DNA of 64,000 bases from Carcharhinus amblyrhynchos (Eukaryota): NCBI GenBank assembly GCA_965287045.1, contig OZ336881.1:53134001-53198000 (forward strand). The letters run 5' to 3'. Every line of letters begins with the position of its first letter. Position 1 is the first letter of the stretch. The position numbers were made by a program, and so were the translations under genes. The notes under the pieces are model-generated. The model saw only the letters and a program-made list of their open reading frames with translations, had not been told where the DNA came from and ran no database searches. This document shows, in pieces, positions 38,419-51,205 of this stretch.

Positions 38419-39657
38419 ATTTTTTTCAGCAATGTTCCCATTCTCTTCGACCAAGCAACTACCGAACAATACATTTGAAAGACAAATGCAACTAACGTAA
38501 TGTAAAGGATAACTTAAATTTCAAGCACTAATTTGCAAAACAGGAAATTATAACAAAATATTCTTGGTACAAAATTAAAGAGTTTTATAACTTTTTTGTC
38601 AGCACAGTTTCCCTCACAAAATATGGCTAAAGTAATCAAAATATAGTATAATTTGATATTGTGCAGAAACATTAACAGTCTTGAAAAAGTACTACTTTAA
38701 CATCCAATAAGCTACTAAATTAAAAGTATTAGGGTATTTATCCAAATACCACGTGCAGAAAAATTGTTTTGCTTTGGCAGGCTTGAACACAGTCCCTTTG
38801 CAACTTTCATTGAAAATACATCTAAGTAGCACTATACTTCCATATCTACGTGGTACCTCATTCACTGTCAATTTTCTTATTTAACTTTGCGAAGAAAACA
38901 CAGACAACTGACTCCAAAGCCTTTGGTCTTATCAAGTCTGAACTGGTCATGTGCACCTAATAGCAAAACATGCATATTATGTCACACATACTCAAAACCA
39001 TTATCACCAAATATTGATGAATTATTTCCAAGTTCTGATAGGTAAAGCACACTGATAGTATTCATAATCTCAGTGCAATTAAAGCGCTTATCAAATATAT
39101 AAATAATTTTTCCTATATACTTATCTAAAATAAACTGTTTTTAAAATACACGTTGAGAACAGATCAAAAGAATGCACTTAGTTACTTACCAGCAATTGTT
39201 ATCACTGGAATGTTACTTTATAAATTAAATATCAAAAGGTTCTCCAATGGATAAAGGAAAAAGAGTGATTAAAACAAAAGTTCTGATTAGACAGAAAAAA
39301 CCAAAAGATTAATAAATATGAAGGAATGTCTAGTGAATGCTTTTGAGGTAGAAACCCTGTCGCTTCCATGCTTGACTCATGTCTCTACATTTTGGAGGAA
39401 CATTTTCTTCCATTTGTGAAATATTCTAGCAATCATAATTGTACAATCCTAAATTTGGAATCTCTTCATAAGATACTAAATGCAACAGAAATATATTATC
39501 GCGCCAACGCTAAAAAAAAACTCATTGTGACAAAAGGATCAACATGGAATTGGTTACTTTCTCTCTTATCATGTAACAGGGTTATTTATGGGAAACGTCC
39601 ATTTTTTTGATACATCAGCTGAAGAAGAAAGCTGATTATTTCTGACCAGGAGTTTGA

Positions 39658-40087
39658 AGACCATAAGATGTAGGAGCAGAAATAGGTCATTCGGCCCATC
39701 AAGTCAGCACCACAATTCAATTATGGCTGAAAGGTTTCTCAACCCCATTCGCCCACTTTTTCCTGTAACTTTTGATCCCTTTATCAATCAACAACCTATC
39801 TATCTCTGTCTTAACTGCACTCAGTAACCTGGGTCTCCACAGCCTTCTGTGGCAATGAACTCCATAAATTCACCACCCTCTGGCTAAAGGAATTCCTTCT
39901 CATTTCAGTTCTAAAGGGTCATCCCTTCATTCTGAGGTTGTGCCCTCAGATCCTCGTCCCTTCTAGTAATAGAAACATCTTCCGCATGTCCATTCTATCC
40001 AGGCTTTCATTATTCTGTAAGCTTCAATGAGATTCCTCCCCACCCACTACCCCCATCCTTCTAAACTCCATCAAGTACAAACCCAGA
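39658..40087 (-). mobile_element. CR1 LINE 3' fragment
   Basis: CATAAGATGTAGGAGCAGAAATAGGTCATTCGGCCC tail; homologous to 31293-31652. Confidence 0.9.
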
Positions 40088-41439
40088 AAGGAAAAACCAG
40101 TTGACTCAATTCATATGCGAACATTTCACAAGTTTTATTTGAATAAATGTTTTATAAGCAACTCTCTTGGAGTGTAAGAGACATGAGTTGGAATTTCTTT
40201 TAAGCTGTAGTTTTCTTTTGAAAGATTTCTTTAGGCTGTCCTAAGCCAAGAAGATAAATAGGTTCAATAGCATGGACAGTCAACCACAAACTAACACAGA
40301 AGATAATACTCAGGAGTCTGGGACCAAGATTTAACCCCTTCCCTCACTTTCACCCGTCACCTGGTCCTGTAAGAATATACATGAGAGGGCTTGAAATTTG
40401 AAAAATCTAACTCCCAGCTCCGTCACATGACAACACGATGATTTTTAAGGTGGCAATTCAGGACACCAAAGAAGATTACACTAAAATTTATTGGTGGGGG
40501 TGGGGGGGGCACATGAATTCAAAAGTTGCAGCCCTCTGGGCAGGTAGCAAATCTGACTGGGTGCTAGTGAAATGTCAATAACTTATTTAAATGAAATCTT
40601 GCCACTAAGAGCCTCCAAGTCATCGAATAGTTTGAACATGCTGCCAAGCATTATTCACATCACCCTTTCAAATCACGGCCTCCAAGTTGAGACAATATGC
40701 ATCCAGTGTGACCTTTTGTTATTTTCTGTCTTTTGAGAAAGGACAGTTAACCCTGTTTCTGCTGCATTCAATAACATGCCATTGATTTGTACCCACTGGC
40801 CCTTTAATTAGTCTATGAGTAACTCCGGAGTCACATCCTAATGAGGAATTCTGACATTGGGGAAAAATAGGTGAATCAGGTTATACGGAAATTCAACCGG
40901 GAGAGGGCAACAAATGCAGAGGTGAATGAACCCTGACTGGCAGAGACCTGCAGTGTTTGTATGGAGCTCCGAGAGACGGAGGACCACGAGATAGGCTGTG
41001 GTACACATACTGTCCACAAGGTCCTGAAAATTGCAGCTGGCATCCTGACTATGGCATAGGATCCTATTTTGCATAAACAAGAGGTTTACTATCTGAAATA
41101 GATGGGTGCTTCAGCCATCCAAGGGAGGCCCCTTTAAAAATAGTGCTACCACGGTGAAAAATATTTTGAGACCGTTAAAAATGTTGTGGCCAAACTAAAA
41201 CCAACACTAAAAAAGTAACAACAATCAGGTTTGAGAACATAATATGTTAATTTTCTCAAGGCAGCTTTCAAGGTAACCACACATGTATTTAAAACAAAAG
41301 GAAGTGCTGACAAAATGGCCAAGATCAATGCCTATACAATTAGACACACGGTGAGCAGGAACATGGAATGGTATGGAGCAACCTTGCATTAAACTTTGGC
41401 AAGGCACTGAGTTTACTAATTGGGATATTAGTTAGGGGG

Positions 41440-42122
41440 CAATGAATATAGGAGTTGTGACAAATGTTACAGTTGTTTAAGCTTTGGTGAGGCAACACTT
41501 GGAGTATTATGTACAGTTTTGGACATTGATAAACTAGAAAGAGTGCAATGAAGGTTTACAAAGATGTTGCCAGGACTAGTGGGCCTGAGTTACAGGGAGA
41601 GGTTGGCCAGGCTAGGCCTTTATTTCTTGGAACGTTGGGGGAATGAGGGGTGACCTTACTGAGGTGTATAAAAACAAGAAGGGCGTAGATTGGATGAATG
41701 CACAGAATCGTTTTCCCAGGGGAGAGGAATTGAAAACTAGAGGGCATAGGTTTAAGGTGAGAGGTAACTTGCAGTCTAATAAACAAATTAAGCTCCAGGA
41801 TGGTAAATTAACTGATAGCTGGAAAAATATTTAAGAATCTGTATTATTATTTAAAATCAAAAAAGATTTAAAAGGGACCTGAAGAGCAAAGTCTTCATGC
41901 AGAGGGTGGTATGTATACGGAACGAGCTGCCAGAGAAAGTGGTTGAGGCAGGTACAATAGCAACCTTTAAAAAGCATTTGGATAAGTACATGGATGGGAA
42001 AGGATGAGACGGATGTGGGCCAAACGCCGGCAATTGGGACTACCAGGGAGGGCACCATGGTCGGCAAGGACTTGTTGGGCCAAAAGGCCTGTTTCCGTGC
42101 TGCATTACTCTATGACTCTGTG
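41440..42122 (+). mobile_element. CR1 LINE 3' fragment carrying an 88-bp templated insertion
   Basis: MRGDLTEVYK...TRGHRFKVRG, interrupted at 41765-41859, then AAAGATTTAAAAGGGACCTG and the tail CTCTATGACTCTG. Confidence 0.9.
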
Positions 42123-43409
42123 ATAAACCTGGTTCTTCCCCATAATTCTACATCAAATGAGTTCTCCCACCTTGGTCAGGTCAACTGAAGGCAGCATACC
42201 GCAGGATAGATCACGGTGTTAGCCCGTCCTGCTACTAAACATGTCTGCCACCGTGGCCAGTTTAGCAATAATAACTACAGAGTTAAGGATAAGTCTCTTG
42301 GTCAGGAATTGTTTTTCTTTGTGACACTGCCAGGGTTGGGGATTAATGGTGGAAAAATTCCCCAGATCCCTTGCCAGCAATCTTGAAATTAAGTCTAGGT
42401 ACAGCCGTTAACTTGTAGTCTAATAAACAAATTAAGCTCCAAGATGGTAAATTAACTGATAGCTGGAAGATATTTAAGGATATATATTATTTTTCTGAAA
42501 TAAAGTGTCGTGTGGACATTTTCCATGCTTTGATTTAAAATAATGGATTTCCACTGATTTCAGGATATTTGCAACTTTGAACCAACCAGTCTAAATTTGG
42601 TTCAAATTTATTATTTAAGTGACAAAACAAAACTAACGCCATTATGTTCAATTAATTCTGTAGCATTTAGCAAGGGAACTGAACTAATTTTAAATGTTAG
42701 CTGAACAAAGTGAGTTCAACTGCAAAAAATGCACACAGGATACAGTCATTTTCTTCAACCATCACATCACATCCTGATGACAAAACGATCAATTGGCAAA
42801 GCCTTAAAATGTAGAGAAATAACCTTAGCGTTCCATTCAGTGCAAACAAATCTGAAATGTACAAAATTAAAGCTCAGTAACTGACTACCTCCTCTGCAAT
42901 CCACAAAATTACATCCTCAAAACCAGCATATATCAGTATTTACACAAAGAGTATCTTTCTTCTTACTAAAAATCCTGAGCCCACAAAATCCAATTATTCT
43001 CCAGCCTCTAACCCGAAGATTCTACAGTTTGTTTTTGAGCAATGCCAGAGGAGGTCATTTTGAAGCACCGGCAGCTCACAGAGGGCAGGGAGGATTATGT
43101 GTCCCGCCTGCCCTCCCTCACCTCCCCCCCCCCCCCCCACCCCCGTACCCCCCCGTCCCCCCACCCCTCACCCTTGCTCCATCCATGAAGTGGGCAGAAA
43201 TAAGCTAGTTAAGAGACCAGTGAAGAGCACCTGAAGGAGGCTAACTGGTATAACACAGCACAATCAATCTCCAGGTTCTCAATGCAATGGCGGAGGGTTT
43301 AACGAGCTGGAGGCACGCACTCCATGCCATGCCATGAGCCAGCACACTAGGCAAGCCTACCAGCCCTCCCCCCTTGCCCAGGTCTGGGCACACCCAAATG
43401 CCACCCTGT

Positions 43410-43850
43410 AAAAAGAACAAATAGAAAGACCTACATTTATTTAGTGCTTTTAACCACCAGGCGTCACAAAGTGCTTTACAGCCAATGAAGTACTTAAATT
43501 TTGAAGTGTAGTCACTGCTGTAATGCAGGGAACACAGTAGCCAATTTGCACACAGCAAACTCGCACAAACAGCAAATTGATAGTGACTAAATAATCTCTT
43601 TTTCTGTGAAGTTGACTGAGGGATAAATGTTGACCGGAACATCAGGGACAACTCCCCTACTCTTCTTTGAATAGTGCCATTGGATGTTTTACATCCACAC
43701 AAGCAGGTAGATAGACCCTCAACTTAACACCCCATCAGAAAGAAAAAAGACTCTGACACAGCATCAGCCTTGGAGTTTGATGCTCAAGAACTGATGGGGA
43801 ATTGTACATGGAAACCTGCAACTCAGATCAGGGTGCTACTAATTGAACTA
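43410..43850 (-). mobile_element. SacSINE1-like Deu-SINE, near full length
   Basis: AAAGACCTACATTTATTTAGTGC...CAGCCAATGAAGTAC...GAGGGATAAAT...AATAGTGCCAT; decayed tRNA-like head at ~43770-43850. Confidence 0.8.
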
Positions 43851-44787
43851 TGGATTTTGCAGTCAAAGTCTGCAAACTCCCCCCTCCTCCTGCCCCACTG
43901 GAACCTGGGGGCAGTTGGGCCTCCTGTTTCCTATTGTGATGGAAAGGTTCTGCCCCAATCTCCCTCTCTCTCATGCACACACATTGATTCTTTATTTGTG
44001 AGCAGCAGTTTGCTCAGAAGCTAGAGATAATGACATAGATTTTGACCTTCCTCCCATCGATCCCCGTGCTAGCATTTTCACATGTCCGCAGCAGTGTGAA
44101 CATCCCGAACAGACATCCTACTCCAGCTCAATGGTTGGCCAGTGAGCAGTGCTGAGCTGGCTGGCAGGCATGTCGATCCAGAGATGGAGGGAGAGAAGGT
44201 ATGGGATCAGAGGATAAGACCAGGACAGCAGCTGTCCACGGTACTCTCTTGGAGTCTGAATGTGCACTCCTCCTGGTTCCACTAAAAGAACAACAGCAAA
44301 GATTTGGAGCAGAGATTACCACGTAGGCCACATGGGCAGGGCACATGCAACAATACCAGAGGACTCAATTGCATATTAAAAGGGCCTATCATTACAAACA
44401 ACAGATGCTTTGACAATCCATCAAAAGCCTCTTCCAAGATGTTGGCATCCACACAGACACCATAAAGAAGACAGTAAGTGATCTGATGCCAGCTCCAGAC
44501 TATTACCACCCTGATTACATCAGTGGAGTGTCTGAAAATTGGTCACTCCATTCTCTGCATTGATACTCAGTGATGGAATAATTCTCACATCATTATTGAA
44601 GATGTAAAGAAATCTTATTGAAAAAATATTAGTCATCCCTAAGTGTTTTTTTTAATTTGGTGAGGTGAGGATTCTTCCAGTTTTTTTTAGTTACACTCTT
44701 CCTCTCTTTGATTTCCCTGGGGCCCTGGTTACAACAGAGGGATTGGTCAAAGTCTGACCCTGCAGCAAAAATGTTGTTGTTCTGAAC

Positions 44788-44806
44788 TGCCCACCAGGGG
44801 GTGCAG
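44788..44806 (+). promoter_or_regulatory. Candidate CTCF site
   Basis: TGCCCACCAGGGGGTGCAG matches the core CCASYAGRKGGCRS at 13 of 14 positions. Confidence 0.4.
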
Positions 44807-45009
44807 AAGTGGCTCTCTCCAGCTCTTCTTACCTGCCTGTAGGTAAGGGCTTGGTTCCACCAACCCAACGTTTCATGGGAAGGAATTGTCACTGCAATTC
44901 AAGCTGCTACCACTCTGTGGCATAACACGCTGCCAGTGAGAAACTACCATTCAATTCCTAAATGGGGGAAAGCAATTAGTGGCAAGTAACTCAATTCAAT
45001 GTTCTTCCC

Positions 45010-45315
45010 ACACCTAGTGGCACGCTACAGCAGACTTCCGTCCATTTCATAGCGAATAGTTCCTGGAAAAGGTCTTTAGTCTGCCACTTATAGCTTGAGG
45101 GGCACCACTCCATACCAAGCGTGGCTGACTAGGTGTCTCTCCCACCCTTACTACCAGCCATTGGCCTGTTTGGAAGGATTTGCAAGTTGACACACTCAAA
45201 CTGTTTGACCATGTTGTGAACACACCTTCCTTGAATGATCAAGTTCTGGGGTGGGACTTGAACCCAGAGCTTCTGGCTTAGAGGCAGGGATGCTACCCAC
45301 TACACCACAAGAACC
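45010..45315 (-). mobile_element. tRNA-derived SINE
   Basis: Reverse complement reads GTGGTGTAGTGGGTAGC (A box)...GGGTTCAAGTCCC (B box). Confidence 0.7.
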
Positions 45316-46389
45316 TAAGTAACTGATCGGCCTTTTGTAAGGGAAGTCAGTTTTGTATTGTCTCAGCGAGTTTATTTTGAAAAGACATACCTGGACTTCA
45401 ATTTTGTCAAAATAGACAAAAGGGAGGGATTTCCACCCCCCCCCCCCAAATCCCAATTCAAGTTCTTTACAAAGCAGGAAACTGGCAAGAGGTGGGTCTC
45501 TTTCTTGGGCCTTCTCTTCTCCTCATCTGCTGCACAGCATACAGGAGTGACTGAGCTGGGATTGGGGGGGGGGGGGGGGGGGGGGGGTGGTAGTTGGGGG
45601 TGTTGACTCATTTACTGGCTTCACTTCCACTTTCCTACAACGCTGATCATCCTTTAATTGCCTGGACAGCATCCAGGTCTTGGAAAGGAGGGTAGGAACA
45701 TGGGGTGGGGGTGGGAGGAGGAGTGGCAAGGAGATAAATCACAGATGCCAACCTCGAATAATGCACGACCCCATCGTAAAAAAGAAGAAAAGATTTTTAT
45801 CATCGCCACCCAAGACAGTTTGAATTGTTATATGAATTAATCACGCACCAATAGCTGCAGAGAAGTGAAAAAAAATTGATGAAAAGATGCATTAACAATA
45901 ATATGCTACCGGAGGCAGCATTTTAATAGTACGTGTTTCAGTGCAATTCAGCAGAAATGCTCAAAAAAAACTTTCATCAGGCTTGTGAACCTCATCAATA
46001 AACTACGGAGGGAATAGAATTTACATGTTTTGTCAAGTTCAGTGGATTTGCACAGGCAAAAAAGGTGGATTCATTGCCTGCCTTCAATCCCTCAAATGGT
46101 ATGAAGCACGGGGTGGGGGGGTGGGATAACTGAAGCCTAAAAGATGCAAAATGGGTGAGGCATCATTAGGGCCCAAATGATGACATGAGATAAAGTGGAT
46201 CTCATTATTAGGTTTCTATCTCCATTTTGTATGAAGGGGGAGCTGTCAGTGCTAATCCACTGGTTACTGGCAGTTTACCTACTGACAGGGAGGCAACTCG
46301 AGGGTTTAGCTGCAGCCTACACCTCTTAAAGGGGATGCTTACTTTGTCTATACTATGTGCTCCAGTGCTTGAATGTGGGGAATTCAGTT

Positions 46390-48480
46390 CACAAGAGTGC
46401 TGCAAAAATTTCCAGGTAGCACTGTGGAGGCTCTTGTAGAAAAGGACAATAGGGGGAGGTCCTCTTATTAGTTGATGGAACAAGGTCGACAGAATAAATA
46501 GTCTGGCGGCCGTGGATGAAAGTGGCTGAGGTGATGCATGCTATCAGTCGTGGAATTTCTAACAACCTCTATAGAAACTCAGACTGTGCCTTCCAGGCTG
46601 AGGGTTTCAAAAATCTCCTGCAGGCTTGCTTAAGCATGAAGATTGGGATTTTTAAACTCTCACAAAACTTCAACATCTTGCATGCTAGTCTTATGCTCCT
46701 GTGAGGTGTGACACCAGTGGCTGCAAGATAGAAGGCTGCTCTGTATCCAGTGGGAGTGCTTGAGACGGCCATCATGCGTGATCTCCAGAAACTCAGACAT
46801 GAGGAGATCCACAGCACATCTCCCAAGAGTGACAGTGACACTGGCAACTCAGGAGGGGGCACCTGCTATAGTGTCTCCAGCCAAATGCAAGACCGCTTTC
46901 CTGCCATCTTGTCAAACAGTGTTCATGTTGGTGTCAAAAAGATAGCAAGGCCTAACTGCTCTGATATTAGCCAAGATACTGCATCCTGCAGTTGAGCCTT
47001 CTCAGATCCAAATTAGTCAACTGATATTGTAAGTGGGCTTTTTATAGCTACTTTTGGCTCTATTGGCAAGTTGTACTTTGGAGTTTCAGAAAAGTTCTGC
47101 CCAGGGGCACAAATATCCCCTGGCAATAAGGACTTACTGCCCAGCCTGCCACTGTGACCAGAGGACAATGAGGGTGAAGAACAGCAATCAACAGAAGATG
47201 GACCTGCAGCAACAGAAAGGAAAGGGTGAGGGAGAAAAGGTCTCACCAGTCCTTATGCCATATGGGTTCACAGGAGAAAAGAACCTTCCCTCCAGTCACA
47301 ACTCCAACTTGAACCCAGTACCAGGTCACAAATTTCATTACCCGTGGCTCACAATCTGTGAGTGACAAACACACTCTTTACCAGAGCAGACTAATTTATT
47401 TCCTTTCCTTTGGAGAAAGCAAAGTAGAATGACAGCATTCTGGATTGACCACAATTAGAGTCTTTCGCCAGGCGCATGCCTTTCTTACTTAGCTAATTTC
47501 AAGTCAAGAACCTGGCGAGCACATGTAGGAGTAGGCTATGGCCCAAGTGCTGATAAATGGGACCAGTATAGATTAGTATTTGATGGTCAGCATAAACATG
47601 GTGGGCCAAAGGGTCTGTTAGTGTGCTGTGAGACTCTATGAAGAACGATGTCTATTCGCTGGCTGTATAGTGCACAATGTTGGTCTGTGTGCCCGTTTCC
47701 TGGCTCGTACCATGATGCAATTATCTTGCATCAGCTGTCATTTGTGGCTCACTTCCAGCTGCACATTGGGTAATAGGTGGGCTGTTTTGGAACAACTGAT
47801 GTCCTGTGAATCCATGGTTCATGCCTCCTGTCAGGAAGCCATGCACAGACACCCAGGTGCGATATAATCAGAGCCATGTCTCTGTCACAGGTCTGCACAA
47901 TTCATCCTGACACAGGATGTTCAGTATGAAAACATCCTGCAGTACAGCTTTGAGAGAGTCTTGCTTGAGCGTGTACATTGCAAAACTTTGGCCTGCAAAG
48001 GGAACAAATATTGGTCTCAACTAGGGATGAAGAGGTAGAAGCAGAGCAGCATTCTCAGGAAGTGCAAGGGTTATGATCCTGTCAGCGTCCAGCTAACAAT
48101 CAGCAGTTCATTAAGGAATACAATCATCCCTGCCTCACCCTGCCCCCATCCACACCAAGAGTCCTTCCTACCATCAGGCCCGGTCCTTCCATTCTCCAGA
48201 TGAATGAATTCAACTTAAACATCATCACTAGTATTTCTACACATCACGTAGCATGGTCAATAAACAATGAAACTCTGCACAACAGTGAAAATTTGTCATG
48301 CCAAAATGATGTACAAAATCAAAGTGTCACCTGGTCTTGGATGCTCTTCATGCTGAACAAATTGTTAGCCCAGCGGCTATAGGATGATGGATGGAAGGCT
48401 TCTCTTTTTCCAATAAGAATGCTTGAGATGGCCCATATGAGTGGTCTCGAGAGGCTTGGATCTGAGAAGGCTCAACTGCA
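46390..48480 (+). mobile_element. Degenerate Harbinger (PIF/Harbinger) DNA transposon: Myb/SANT fragment plus DDE transposase
   Basis: Myb-like VEALVE...WMKVAEVMHAIS (~46420-46550). Transposase VTNTLFTRAD*FISFPLEK (~47362-47420), CARF(P)GSYHDAIILHQ (47688-47734), PWFMPPVRKPCTDTQVRYNQSH (~47812-47877) and ILQYSFERV (~47935). These match HARBI1/DDE_Tnp_4 motifs. Confidence 0.8.
47520..47640 (+). mobile_element. CR1 3' tail inserted in the Harbinger transposase
   Basis: GGTGGGCCAAAGGGTCTGTTAGTGTGCTGTGAGACTCTATG. Confidence 0.75.
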
Positions 48481-49444
48481 GTTGTAATAGTTGTATGCTA
48501 TGTGATAAGTTATATATATTTTAATGCATCATAAAGCTCTATTCTTCAAAGGTAAGTGACCATTAAATTGACCAGCACTGTGCAGTGTTCACATGCATTA
48601 GAATACTTTCTCCAATGGAGAAAAAGTTCTTATGCATTCAACATTATAAAGAATCAGAGATTAATATGCCATCTGGACACTGTGCTTTCAGCTTTACATC
48701 TGTTGAATCTTTGATGCACTCTTCCAGTATTCACTGTGGACCAAACACAAAATCCTACAACAACATTAGGAGATTTTTGAAATGGTCATGAACCTATCAA
48801 AATTAAAAAGACAATCCATTCAAACACTTAAGTGCTTGGAAAACTATCAAAATAAACAGACATTCAAAAATTATTTCAGAAAAACATATTTGTCTCAGAA
48901 GCTCATTAAACTGTCAATGGATGCTCAAAGCTTATGTCACCTTGTTAGAAGCGTAAACAACCCCTACAGAGCTGAATCCAGTCATGGAGTTTGGAGCACA
49001 GTGAAGCATTCATTATGAGATTCAACTGCACAAATGCGTCGACCACAGCTCTAAAGCTGGTATACTGTAATTTGTGAAGCATACTGGACTGTTTGGATTG
49101 CTTCAGAGGCTACACAGATGGCTGATTTGTCAATCAGCCATCTGTTGAGCTGGATGGGGGGCATAAGGAGTGGTGGAGGCGATGGGAAAGGGATGAGGGC
49201 TAGGATAGCTAATAGACATCCCATTGAATATTGGTGTGCCTTGAAATCTGCCAGACTTGGCTCCTATCCACCTCCATTCCCACCCTGGATCTGTTTCAGG
49301 GAAAGGTGACCATGACTCCAGCCATCCCCACTGCCCCACAATGAAAATAACATGGAAGAGCATTGCCAGACAAGAGGGAAGATCGCACAGTGGGGAAATG
49401 GCCTAACTAGTGATTTCCCTCTTGAAGATGACCAATAAATTAAG

Positions 49445-51205
49445 AGCAAAAGAATAATTTAAGAAAGGCTAGGGTCTATCAGGGATGCACATGGTAACCT
49501 ATTCATTGTTGTTCTCAATGAGTACTTCTCTCTTTATTAAAGAAAGGGATGATGATGTAGGTATTTTAATTAAAGAGCAGGAATATGATATGTTAGATTC
49601 AATAAGCATTGTGAGAGAGAGGAAGAACTAAGGGAACTGCCATTCTTGAAAGCAGATAAAGCACCACGGCCAGATAGATTGTAAAACAAGCTGTTAATTG
49701 AAGCCATGGAGGAAATAACTGATGCTCTGAGGAGTATTTTCAATCCTCCCAAGATGTGGTGATTGTACCAGAACATTGGAGTTGTACCATTATTTAAAAA
49801 GGGTACAAGCGATACGTCAGTAAACTATAGGCCGGTCAACCTGACTTTGGCGGTAGACAAATTATTGGAATCAATTTTGAGAGACAGGATAAACTGTCAA
49901 TTAGCAAGGCACAGATTGATAAAGGATAGTCAGAATTGCTATGTTAGAGGAAGATTGTGTTTTACTAATTTAATCAGATTTTCTGAGGAAGTAACAAGAA
50001 GGATTGATGAAGGTTGTGCTGTGGACCTTGTCTACACAAATTTTCATGAGGTACATGATAACGTCACACGTGGCAGACTGATCAGGAAAGTGAAATTTCA
50101 TGGCGTACAGGAGAAGGTGGTGAGTTGGATCCAAAACTGGCTCAGCGACAGGAAACAAAGGCTAATGGTCGATGATGTTTTGTGATTGGAAAACGGTTTC
50201 CAGTGGTGTTCCACAGAGTTCAGCATTGGGCTTTGCTGCTTGTTGTATATGTTAATGATTTGGACTTAAATGTGGGAGGCATGATTGGGAAATTTGCAGA
50301 TGACATAAAAGTTGGCCATGTAGTTGTTAATGAAGAGGATAGCTGCCGAGTCCAGAATGATATCAATGGTTTGACTAAGTGAGTGGAAAAGTGGCAAGTG
50401 GAGTTTTATCTGAGAAGACAAGGTAATGTATTTGGAGAGGGCTAACAAAATAGGGAACAGACAGAAAACAGGAGGATATTGAGTAGGGTAGAGGAAATGA
50501 GAAGCCTTAGTGTGCATGTGCACAGGTTCCTGAAAATTACACGACTGGCAGATCAGGTGGTTTTTAAAAAAAAGCATTAGCCATGCTTTCCTTTATTGGC
50601 CAGAAATTAAATACAAAATTAGGGATGTAATGCCAAAGCTGTATAAAATGCTAGTTAGGGCACAGCTGGATTTTTGTGCACAGTTCTGGTGACCACATTA
50701 CAAGAAGGACATAATTACTCCAGAGAGAGTGCAGAAGAGATTTACAAGGAAGTTGCCAGAGCTTGAAAATTCCAGCAATGAGGAAAGGTAGGATGGGCTG
50801 GGGTTGTTTTCCTTAAAACAGAGGAGGCTGAGGAGTGACCTAATTCAGATATACAAAATGATGAGGGGCCTGGATAGGGTATTCAGGAAAGCCTTGTTTC
50901 CCTGAGCTGAGGGACCAATTACCAAGGGGCATAGGTTAAGGTGATTGGTAAAAGGGTTAGAGAGAGACATGAGGAAAACATTATCCACCCAGTGAGTTCA
51001 TCCGGAATTCACCTGCCCATATCGATGGTTGAGGCAGGAACATTCAACTCATTTAACAGGTAACTGGATCAGCACCTGAAGCGCTACAGACCAAGTGAGA
51101 TTAAAACAAACAGCTAGTTTCTTTTTCTCTCCATTGTTTTGGCAGAGGTGGACATAATGGGCCGAATGGCCTCTTCCTGTGCCGTAACTTTTCTGCGGTT
51201 CTCTG
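49445..51205 (+). mobile_element. CR1 LINE RT region plus 3' end
   Basis: ORF 49763..50185 (VPLFKKG...NYRPVNLT...WIQNWLSDRKQR) and YVNDL...KFADDIK. Confidence 0.95.

Larger units (their letters stand above)
36090..38430 (+). mobile_element. Penelope-like element (RT plus GIY-YIG), 5'-truncated, with an inverted terminal-repeat copy
   Basis: QIDGVAMGFPLGSALTNIF (36363-36419), YVDDTF (36490-36507), and GIY-YIG-like SNAVCEFQCRCVARYVG...IKQHIP (~36985-37080). The segment 36090-36256 is the reverse complement of 38265-38430. Confidence 0.9.

Noticed and set aside
39190-39215. Possible minus-strand microexon ending CTG|GTAAGT
   Set aside because: No polypyrimidine tract and no supporting homology.
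43123-43175. Poly-C tract
   Set aside because: Lies in a probable non-autonomous element; simple low complexity.
44020-44560. Possible 5' part of another Harbinger transposase (TVSDL..QL-like)
   Set aside because: Too degenerate to support by eye.
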